Shown: positions 28,919-38,761 of the stretch, piece by piece
Layout: every line of letters begins with the position of its first letter
How positions within the stretch are numbered: the stretch's first letter is position 1
Assembly: GCF_009834535.1 (NCBI RefSeq)
Contig: NC_045697.1
Location: 46,130,001 to 46,194,000 of the forward strand
Reading direction: 5' to 3'
DNA length: 64,000 nt
Origin: Camelus ferus
Lineage: Eukaryota
The notes under the pieces: model-generated
What the model was told of the DNA's origin: nothing
Databases searched by the model: none
What the model saw: only the letters and a program-made list of their open reading frames with translations
Position numbers and translations under genes: made by a program

Positions 28919-28950
<32 letters not shown>
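28919..28950 (+). repeat. (GT)16 microsatellite in the PRDM8 3' UTR
   Basis: Direct read; followed by GAGCGCGCGC. Confidence 0.95.
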
Positions 28951-28953
<3 letters not shown>

Positions 28954-29154
28954 CGCGCGCTAGTGTAGGTCTCGGGTAAACATTTGGATGTAAAGGCTGT
29001 GGGGGAGAGCACATGTGTGCACGTGTGTGTATGTGTGTGTATGTGCGCTCGATGTTTCAGGTCACAAGGAGGTGGTGGATATCCTAGAGTGTTTGTTCCT
29101 GCAGGTGGCTCGACTGTGCGTATGCGCCCGTGGAAAGCTGGGGTCCTTTCCGTG

Positions 29155-30785
29155 TCAATTATGCGAGGTCATGTGTCTGGAGAGATGGTGGCGCTCCCTG
29201 AAGGACTCGTTGCAGATGGGGCACTTGAGTTTCTCCTCCCGCCTTCGCTTCACCAAGGGCTCCATGGCGTACTCCTTTTTGTGATGAGACCTCATGTGGT
29301 ACACCAGGTCGGAGGTCATGCGGAAGGAGGCATTGCACTTGGCGCACCAGTTCTGTGCGGGCAGACACAGCGAGGTGAAGGAGGGTGGCAGCAGCGTGAG
29401 CGCCGAGGGCAGCTGCAACTGCAGAGGCCCCGCGGCCGCGGCTGCCGCGGCCGCCGCGGCGGCGGAGCTTTTGGGCCAGAAGGCAGTGGCGTAGAGGAAG
29501 GGGCTCTGTTTGGGCAGCCCGCCGCCGCCGCCGCCGTTCGGCAGGGACCCGCAAGCTCCGTTCAGGTCCGCAGTTCCCTGGAGCTTCACGGCCAGAGGGT
29601 CGGAGGCGGCCGGATAGAGTCTGGTGGGGCCGACACCGTCGCCGGGGTGGCACGGCTCGAGCGCGCTCAGCTTCTGGCCCAGCACCAGCGGGGACAGCTG
29701 CGAGAAGGAGCGCGCCGGCTGCGAGAAGGCGCTTTTGCGCTCGTCCGACGCGGCGCCCTGGCCGCCGCCCGCCCCGCCCGCGGCCCCCGCGCTCGCGCCG
29801 CCCCCGGCGCCGTTGCCGCCCGCGCCTCCCAGCTGCGGCACCGAGGTGAAGGCGCTGCCCCGCGCCGGGCTGCCGCCCTCCAGCCGGCCCGGCAGCGCGC
29901 CCCCGGGCCGGGGGGCCAGCAGCTTCTCGGCGCCGGCCGGAGACGCGGCCACGGGCGTGGAGGAGCCGCCGCCGCCCGCGTCCTGGTCCTCAGCGGCCGT
30001 GCTCCCGCCGTCGGCGGCCGCCTCCTCCTGCAGACCGGCCGCTCGGGCCGCCTTCTTCACCTCCACGAAGGCGCTGCGCTTCGCCTCGCCCGTCTCCGGG
30101 CTGGGCGGCGCGAAGAGGCGGCCGTTCTCTTCCAGGCCGAAGTAGCTGCCGGAGGCGCGGTATTGCTGCGGCGTGCACACCAGGTCCTCCTTGGAGGCGT
30201 GCAGGGGCCGCTCGGCGAAGCGGCCCCGGCCTCCAACCAGCCCCGCGCCGCCCCCGCCGCCGCCGCCGCCGCCGCCGCCACTCTCCCCCGCCTCCTCCGG
30301 GAATTTCCTCTTCCCTTTGCCGACGCCCGCGGCGTTGCCGTCGGGACTCAACTCCGCCTCCTGGTGGCCGCTGCCGCTGCTGCCGCTGCTGAGGCTCCGG
30401 ACTGGGGAGCAGCCGCTGGCTCCCCCGGAGTTCTCCAGCTCTCGGGCCAGATTGTGAAAGTCCGTGGACGGCTTCGCGCTGCCGCCGCCACCAGCCGCAG
30501 GCGGGTTACCGCCCTCGGGGGAGGCGGCCGGGTAGTGGTGGACAGGGCCGGCTTTGCAGAACTTGGGGCCAGGACCCAAGGGTGCCTCCTGTTGCTGCGT
30601 CTGCTGCTGATCCTTGCCGCCGCCGCCCCCGTGATCCTTGGTGCCCACGCCGCCGCCTTGCTCCTCTCGGGGGCTCAGCTCAGCGCTGTGAAGTCTCTTG
30701 GGGCAGCGGAAGCGCAGATGCGCCACATAGGGGAACTCAAACTGGAAACGTTGGCTGCATTCCAGGCATGTGTAAGGGGACGACC
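29155..30785 (-). CDS. PRDM8: PRDM8 coding exon 3 (atypical first zinc finger, Gly/Ala-rich linker, two C-terminal C2H2 fingers, TGA stop)
   Basis: Acceptor gcAG|GG completes the Gly codon. Encodes YTCLECSQRFQFEFPYVAHLRFRC, WCAKCNASFRMTSDLVYHMRSHH and KCPICNESFRERHHLSRHMTSHN. 219+232+1631=2082 nt = 693 aa + stop with no frameshift. Confidence 0.98.
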
Positions 30786-30800
30786 CTGCTTAGTGAGCAA
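29300..30800. promoter_or_regulatory. Exonic CpG island over the last coding exon
   Basis: Very high GC/CpG with many GCC/CGG triplets. Confidence 0.9.
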
Positions 30801-31194
30801 ACGCCACACACAGACACACAAGCGCACGCACACACACGCATACCACATGATTATTCAGCATCGTCTGCAGGACAGTTTGCCATCACCCTCTTCACAAATC
30901 CACCGTTACCTATCAGGGACTGAGTGCCCAAGAACAGAATATCCAGTAAGGCCTAATCCGACTTTGCCACCTGACTTGGGGGCCGTACAGTAATTAAGCC
31001 AAGCGTGCCCCGATTTATCCTCACCCATCTGTCCCAGCTTCATTCCGAACTATATCTTAGAGGCTTTCTCTGAGGCACTCCAAGGGAGGAAAGGCGCGCC
31101 GAGACGCCAGAGTGAGCCCCGATGCTCCCTGAGTTGCTCCCCGAGTTGCTCCCCGCTTGCTAAGGGCCCATACGCAGGTCGAGAGCCAACCTAC

Positions 31195-31426
31195 CATTCA
31201 TTTTGCTGTGGGATCTAGAGGGGCAGAGCAAGAGCAACTCAGTCAGTTCTTTCCCGTACCAAACTAATAACTCCTCATCTTTGGCAATCCTGCGGAGAGA
31301 GCGGTAAAACAGCTGTCCGTTTTTTATATAGGCTTCAAGGTTCTGCTCTTCTTTATCTCTGGCTGATTGGACCAGACGCAACCACATGAGACCTTCTGAG
31401 GAACCATTCGCCGCTGAGGTGTCTAC
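31195..31426 (-). CDS. PRDM8: PRDM8 coding exon 2 (rest of PR/SET domain)
   Basis: Acceptor ctgtAG|GTA GAC; translates VDTSAANGSSEGLMWLRLVQSARDKEEQNLEAYIKNGQLFYRSLRRIAKDEELLVWYGKELTELLLLCPSRSHSKMN, including the PR-domain WLRLV and EELLVWY motifs. Donor AATG|GTAGGT. 232 nt, phase 1. Confidence 0.97.
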
Positions 31427-32427
31427 CTACAGTGTAGAGACAAGAAAGAATACAAGAAGGGAGGGGCCGAGGGAGGGAGACTTTTTGTGAGACTTCTATG
31501 GCCATGGGAGCCAGGGCCATTTCTCCTTATTCTTTTCCAATGAATTATCTGAGATCAAGCTTCCAAAAACTTGACCCAAGTTGGCACCCACCCTCATGTT
31601 TGTCACCAGCAGGCAGGATGACATCCCTTGCAAGCTGAATCAATTATATATAGATTATTTAAGTCGTCGTTTTCATACACTGGCTGAACAATAAATGAAG
31701 ATGTTCCTTCCTACAATCCAAATTAGTGTTAACCTCTTGAGAATTGATTTCTAAATTACCCCATTGCAAAAGTATGGGGGATTTTGTTCGTTTTACAAGT
31801 AAAAAGCAAGCTTAGATCTTATCAATTATTCTACGGCATTCACTTATCTTCCTAATTTTGGCTTAAACAATTAATAGTTTTTCTTTGTAAAGAAAGAATA
31901 GGAAATGAGGACTTTTCACTCTCAAATATATGGCTTTAATGATGTTTTATTGTCAAACCATTAAAATTTTTATTTAAATATGAACTCTTGGCACTAGCTA
32001 GCTTTACCAGCAAGAGTAATACTCCCAGGAACAAGAGACCTCGGGGGTTGGAAGGCAAATGCACCCAATATTTATAATTAAAGTACTTATAGAAAGTACT
32101 TAGTATGCAAATAGCCACAACCCTAGTGAACTCTCCCAAAGAGTTAAGGAAGTGGTGTTCATGTCCAGGAAAGCTCAGAACTGAGGCACTGATTTAGACA
32201 TATCTGGCATTCAAAATCAAATTTGTCATTTATTTCAGAAAATCAGTTGACAATACTTTGAGTTTAATTTTCCTTTTCTAATTTTTGGTGTGTAAGATAA
32301 AATGTGTTCTCACATCATTGCATTTTCAGATTTCAGAAGCTGTCTCAGCTTGTCATCAAAATGACTATTAGTTCATTTTCAACAGGATATTACCCTCATA
32401 CCCTACGTAGCATCAGCCAAGACTTAC

Positions 32428-32646
32428 CCGGAAGATATAAGGGACTGTTCTCTTGTCGGTGGACTTTAGAGCTATGAAAGCTATGCTGTCATACAGGGAA
32501 GTATGGCTCAGGACACAGGGACCAAATATAGCGTTCTCAGGGATGTCACAGGTAGTGTAAACGCTGGTAAAAATATCTGTCAGACATTGTTGGACAGCCT
32601 TGGCATCTCCATCCCAGATGCCTCGCGGGATGCCCGAATCCTCCAT
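32428..32646 (-). CDS. PRDM8: PRDM8 coding exon 1 (aa 1-73, N-terminal part of PR/SET domain)
   Basis: Translates MEDSGIPRGIWDGDAKAVQQCLTDIFTSVYTTCDIPENAIFGPCVLSHTSLYDSIAFIALKSTDKRTVPYIFR, recognisable as the PRDM8 N-terminus. Acceptor AG at 32650-32649, then 2 nt UTR (TG) and ATG. Donor CGG|GTAAGT at 32428/32427. 219 nt, phase 0. Confidence 0.97.
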
Positions 32647-34920
32647 CACTGGAGACAGATACAAAGGACAGTGGAAGCGAATTACATTACTCCTTTTGCC
32701 TCTATGAATCCAGGAAGAATATTTTAACTACTAGACAGATTTTTCTTGAATTTGCCTGAATTTTCCATAGCTCTTATTTCAGAAATAAAGCCAACAGCAG
32801 ATTAAATCTGGCATATTTTGAAGATGCCAACTAAGAGTACTTTCTTTTCCTTTAAAAATTAAAAAAAAATTTCAATGGGGGAGCTCAGAGTAGAGTGATT
32901 GCTTGAGAGGAAGAAAAACAGAGGGTTAGGAAAGAGAAGATCGCTGTTTTGCTTTACCTTGGGGGAGAATGGGGCAGGGTTGGGGGGAAGTCGGAGACTA
33001 GGGGAGAACAATAGGATATTTTACTAGACTATTGACTTTCCAGACTGAAAGAAACTTTTAACCCTTAGAAGAAAGCTCCTCTCTTCTCCTCTTATGTATT
33101 GAACTGGGTGCCCAGAAGCTGATTTTATTATTATTATTTTTTCTTCCAAAGAGGGAAGCAGCATGAGCAAGCAGGCGGAGACAGCGGAGCATGGCGAATG
33201 GATTTCAAGTGGAGTGTCAGGGCCACTGATTCGGTGTCAGCTAACCTTTCTCTGCAGCCTACAAGAGGGGACGTATGTCTGCTCATTACCATAATCCAAC
33301 ACTGTCCCTCCGAGGCTTTAATTAAAAGCAGCGAGCAGAGGTAATTATTTTTTTCTCGACATGCTTATTTATGGATGAGAGTGAATCCCAGTTACCTTGT
33401 TATACAAGGGGGTGGATAGAGTCGCATGCGCCTCATAAAGTGAGCAGGTACAGGGCAGGCCTGAAGTGTCCCCTGTCTGAAATACCACATGTGTAATGAC
33501 TGGTGAATTCCTGTTTTCCCAGATAGGATCCTGTCTGGGCAAGAGAGGGCAGCCCTGCTTGAGTAGACCTCGGTGGGCTCTCCAGCTGTTTAATCCGCAG
33601 CAATCTAGAAAGTAATGCCCCAACGGAGGGCTCTCTATTAAGCTGTCATAAAGAGACATTTTCCCTTCCTTTACCGCTGGACACCCCCCCCCACAAGACT
33701 TACCATTAAACGAACAAACAAAACAGATATTTAAATTTTAAAGTAGCTTTGAGTAACTGCATTGTTCACTCTTTCTGACTGATTAAAAGATTCTCTCAAG
33801 TTGGTTTTTCCCCAATAACGTGGCAATGATTTATGTATGTTTTGTATAATTTAAGAAGCAGGAAAGAAGAGACCGATTCTTTTCCTAAGAAGCTATTTTT
33901 TAATGAAATTATATGAGTAATGTCCATTTTTATCTTAATGTCTATTAACCAATTAATCTTGCAGATGTGATTACAAGATAGTGTTTTTTTTTTTCCTTTT
34001 CAGCTAACAGAGCATGAAACTTTGGTCAGCTCTTTCCCATTCACTCTGCTATATCCTTCAAATGTCAAGTAATGGGCTGTATCTGCCAGACAGGAATAAG
34101 AGAAAAATACCCACAAAGTGGGAACTTACTTTATTGTGCTACAGCGTCTATCCCTGGGCATTTTTACCCCACACGAGGTAGCCTTTCTCATCTCCAGTTG
34201 CAAATTTAGACACATTTAAAAAATCCCTCAGAACCTCTCAAAACCTCCTTTTCAACGGAGTCCTATTCTCTCTTTTTTCAATTTCCTCAATTCAGCGTTT
34301 TATGCCCCAATTTTTCTCTTCCTTTTAAAAGTCTCTTTCACACAAGCGTTTCATTGTGCCGGGAGGTCGCCCCGTCACTTCGGGCAACAGCAGGGACGCA
34401 ATCATTAAAATGCAGTTCTACCTAACAATACGGTGAAAAGATCCTCGCTACGCCGAGCTAATAGGAGTTCGCGTCGCCGCGGCGGCCGCCACGAGCCTCG
34501 AGCCGGTCACAATAACTGCTGGGCGACGCTTGGGCTCTGTCGCCCGCATGCGGCCGCCTTTGCCACCCAACCTTTCACAGCTCAGCATCCTCCTCTAGGC
34601 CCGGGTTCTCAGGCGCCCGGGGGACCCTCCCAGAGCCGGCTGCGCTCGCCGAAAGCCGTCGCTGCCGCCTGCCGCTCGCCCTCTCCCGTAGGCAGGCATT
34701 GTTTGGCGGCCGCGCGCTCCCCAGTCCCTTGCTTCTTGGGCAAAGTGCTCTCCACCCACTCCTCCCTTTGTATAACCCTACCCTACTGGAAGTGGAGAGC
34801 CCCTCAACAATTATTTCCCCCCTCTTCTGGATAATGAGGAGACAGCGGACAACATTTTCCACTCTTACCATCAAACCTGCCTTCCTCCCATCCCCCTCCT
34901 CCATCAATGCAAATACTTAC

Positions 34921-35114
34921 CAGGAATAAGGTCAGGATCAAATCGACCAAATAAGGCCACCTGGAAACAGGAGATGCAATCGAGTATTTCTTTTGCCTAT
35001 TGTATCAGTGTATTTCCATGTCAAGAGGTGTTGGTGTTGCAGTCGTGAAGGCCCTGCCTAAAGAGAGGAGAGAGATGGAGAGATGTGGAGAGAGAAATGA
35101 GGGGAGAGTAAGAG

Positions 35115-35145
<31 letters not shown>

Positions 35146-35230
35146 AGAGAAGAGAGTTGTACAGATGGACCCGATGCAGTGACTGACTGGCACGCAGACA
35201 CACACTTTTTGTTTGCTGCACATAATCTGC
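34921..35230 (-). other. PRDM8: PRDM8 non-coding first exon of the proximal promoter (5' end approximate)
   Basis: Consensus donor CTG|GTAAGT at 34921/34920. Splicing to 32648 gives CCTG|TG ATG G (G at -3 and +4) with an upstream in-frame TAG near 34997. Contains a CT-rich tract at 35062-35155 and sits inside a CpG island. Confidence 0.75.
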
Positions 35231-35420
35231 CCAATGACGCGTGACAGCCCACGTCCCCTCCCTTTAACTCTTTGCTGGGCTGGGCGCTCCCTCCGGCGCT
35301 GCCTGCCTGGAAGCGATCTCTCCGGCCTGCCCGCGCCCCGCTGCCCCTGAGCGCCTGCCCCAAGTGGAAACGCCTCTCAGAGCGCGGCCCTGCCCGCCGC
35401 CTCCTAAAGCCTCGGCCCTC
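35221..35420 (-). promoter_or_regulatory. PRDM8: PRDM8 proximal promoter core
   Basis: TAATCT 35223-35228, CCAAT 35231-35235, TGACG 35235-35239, TGACAG 35242-35247, TATA-like TTAAAG on minus at 35267-35262, and GC-rich sequence upstream. Confidence 0.65.
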
Positions 35421-38400
35421 TGGGACTGGTAGGGGGAAATCAGTTTCGGGGTCGGAAAGGGAAGTACCAAAAGACCTGGAGAGGGCCTTTTACTGTTTCG
35501 ATTGGCACTGGAGAACCTCTGGTAGAGAGCTGGCCACTCAGCACACGCACGGACCCCGTGTTCATTTCCAGAGTCTGAGTTCTGTGAAGGGGATGGGGGG
35601 AGGGGCGTGGATTAGTCCCAAGGGATTCTCCGGTCTTTGAGCCGCGGCTGATGTGCGCAGCTAGTTGCCTGGGGGTGATAAACGCGCACCAGCTCTATCT
35701 AGGAGCGCTCACACTACCAAGCCTTTAGGAGCAAGATTCAGAAAGGATGCGCTTTGGTGAGAACTTGGCTCAGTCTTTCCTTGAAAATGGAGATGGGTAA
35801 GGGGGATGTTGTGGGAACGCTGCCAGACCTCGGAAGGGGATTTACGGGGATCTTCTGGTCCCAGGACACAAGTGCTTGACCGGGGAAGAAGTGAAGAGGA
35901 GATGGGTGGCAGGAACCCAGGTTACGGGGACACCAGCTCTTCCTGCTCTTCCGCCTCTGCCTGGCGCATGCTGCATAGGGGGTCCCTTGCTGTGGGCGGT
36001 CGGTATTCTAAGACCCCCTAGGGTTGCGGAGGATAAGTTAAAGTAAAAATTATTACCGGGATGGGCTCCGGAGAGCTTTTCACTTCCAGCAGGTGGTGGA
36101 AGAGCGGATGGAGTTGCCGAGCCCGTCTCGGGAGCCTCGTTTGTGCACTAAGCCACTTAGAGGCGCTGGCTTGCCCCTTTAGTGCAGCAGCTGATGCTAA
36201 TGACTTGAGGTCTTTAACAGCCTGAAAGTTGACTCCTTCAACAGAGGTCGCAACACATTTTTGCTGGGAGTTCTCGGGGTTCTTTTTCGACATTTAACTC
36301 TCTGCTCCTAAGGGAAGAAAGACTTTTGAGTCGTATAGAGAGTCCCACTCCCTCAGCCCCACCCACAACACCACTACATTGAAGAGGGCAATTTGTTAGC
36401 TTTAGGATAAATAGGACGTGTAGCCGGCTAAAGTGGACGAAGCAGAACCACTGTTTAAGGAGACAGCCTCATTTTTTAGCCAGTGCTGAAATAAGGTAAG
36501 TATATTGGTGTTGGCAAAAAGTAGCTTAAAAGGGAAAGATGTGTACAGTGTTACCTTGATCCTCTCCTGGCTCCGAGACCTCCCTCCGGAACCCAGTGAA
36601 GCAGCGAGGCGCGAAGCGCCTTCCCTTGCTGGCGCCTACAACAAGGAGGCCCGGAAAGGATTTTGCTGAGAAGAAATTTTTTTAAATGTGTAAGGAATTT
36701 CCCACTGAGTTCTCTTCTCTCTCTCCTCCCTTCTCTTTTCACCCAGCAGCCCTGGTCAGCCTCCCCACATAAGTTCCTTCTGATCGGACAGAGCCCCTTG
36801 CCTAGGATTAAGCTGGGACTTGGAGAAGGAAGAGTTGCAAGATCCTCATATACCAGGGAGGAAGGGGAGAATTCTTCCTGAATTTCCAGGTTAGCTATTG
36901 ACTTTTCAAATAAACCTTCTCAAACTGCAGCTGTCCTTCATCTTAACATATCATTCCTCTTATGCATGTGTGCACACTTTTAAATAGTTTGGCCAAGGGC
37001 AACTCATGTAACGACCAAGACTCAATGCTGAGGGCTTTCACGTATTTCTATATAAGAATCTGCAAAGTTATTTAGCCACCAATTGGCTTATAACTGGGTG
37101 CTCCACTCATTACCCCCCCACAAAGCATCCCCCCATCACTTGTTTAAAGAAAGAATGGTGGGATTAGAAATGTCAAAAGAATTGCCTGAAACATCTGAAA
37201 AATAACTTGCAGTGTTAAAGAATTCACTTACATGAATTCAGAAAAGAAATGGAAAAAGAAAGGACAGGAGACATGCAGGTGTAAAAATCCCCAGCAAATT
37301 AAGATAAAGAAGTAGCCATAAGACAGTTGTGGTCCCTTAGAAACTACAGCAATGGTGTGTGTGTGTGTGTGTGTGTAGCAGTGTCTTTGAACTAATTCCA
37401 TTAAACTGTTGAACAGAACACTCCTTAGAGTCTTTCCCAGGACAAGTCATCTGTCCATGCAAGCCATTTTTAAAAATCCTCCTACATATTGTAAATATAA
37501 AAGCACCCACTGCAGTATATGGGCATTCTTACGCTTAAACTCTAAATGGCAGGCATTTTTCCTTTCCCTAGCCTTTCCTTTCTTAAATATAAAGGGCACT
37601 AAGATTATGTCTCCTTTGAGGTACTGAAACCTAGACTCTGATTTGTATAAAATAACAAATGTTTTTGGTATTTAAATTGGGAATGAGGGAGCTTGATCTT
37701 CTAAGTCTAGAAAATAATTAAGATTCTATACATCCAAGAGGAGAGTTATATACTGAGAATCTGGCCATCAGATATCTCTTCTCAGTTTCTCTTATTTGCT
37801 GCTCACTTAGATTTCCCCTACTGATTTTAGATAAAATGCCCAAATAAAAGAATTTCCTACATTTTATGAATCCAACCAACTCTTTGTCTTAGGTATTAAA
37901 TAATACACATAACAAAAAAATATTAGTAAGATTAGCTTTGAAATTTCTACTTTGAAGGTTTTCCAGTTTTTAAAGTGGTACATATTTTGCTAGGTAATAT
38001 AAATGATCTAAATGAAAATTGTTAATAGGAGGTAAAGAAAATCTACAGATTATTTTTATTTCTCTAGAAATGTATGGGTTAAAATGGTACATAAACTACT
38101 TTTAGATCATTCTGCAGTATTACTGGAATTCACTGACACTAATGAAGGGCTGAAGCACTTATTCAGCCCCAAACAGTACTATAAAAGTGCATCTCAGTCA
38201 ATGGTTTTATCTAATTCAATGGAACAATGGGTTTATGCATATATTTGGAGCTCTTTTCCCTGGGATTTTATTTCCAATTAAATGATTAGAGGGATGACAA
38301 TGAAGAGTGAGGGTATTTTTTGCCTTGCTCCACTTTAACAAGGCTTCTGGCAGTTACGGTAAAAAATACATGTGTAGACAACTGCAGTATTGTTTTGGAA

Positions 38401-38711
38401 GAGAAGGCTGGAGAGAGGTTGATGAATGATTCCCGAGGTGGTGCCTTTTATGACTTAAGTGGGAGGGTGGAGAAAGGGTACGAAAGGAAATCTGATTCTT
38501 GAGAGTATTTGAATGGAAATGTCGTTTCTTCTCCCAGGGTAGAGAAATGGGGCCCCAAATATCTCAACTTCTGTGATAGGAGGCAGGCAAAGTCTCTAAG
38601 AACAACTTACTCAGAAGGATTATTACTTTATAAGAATGAAAACATTGTTTTTCTTTTTCTCTCTCTTTATAGGTCCTGGCTCATCCCCCCTCTAATCATA
38701 TCACCGAAGCA

Positions 38712-38712
<1 letters not shown>

Positions 38713-38758
<46 letters not shown>
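38713..38758 (+). repeat. (CA)23 microsatellite
   Basis: Direct read. Confidence 0.95.

Positions 38759-38761
<3 letters not shown>

Larger units (their letters stand above)
28375..29154 (-). other. PRDM8: PRDM8 3' UTR
   Basis: Follows the TGA stop; CA-rich then AU-rich; ends after an AATAAA. The cleavage position is estimated. Confidence 0.75.
34350..36200. promoter_or_regulatory. CpG-rich region around the proximal promoter and start of intron 1
   Basis: CpG-dense blocks at about 34350-34730 and 35230-36200 flanking the first exon. Confidence 0.8.

Noticed and set aside
28984..30993. 669-aa + strand ORF antisense to the PRDM8 last exon
   Set aside because: Exactly codon-in-register with PRDM8 (offset 171 nt), so it stays open whenever the sense exon lacks TTA/CTA/TCA codons, as expected in a GC3-rich exon. 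It starts at TTG, translates GT repeats and has no recognisable domain: a shadow ORF.
32647..32664. ORF-track N-terminal extension MYLSPV of the first coding exon
   Set aside because: Starts at TTG in the intron's acceptor region; the splice site is at 32649/32648 and the recognised start is ATG 32646.
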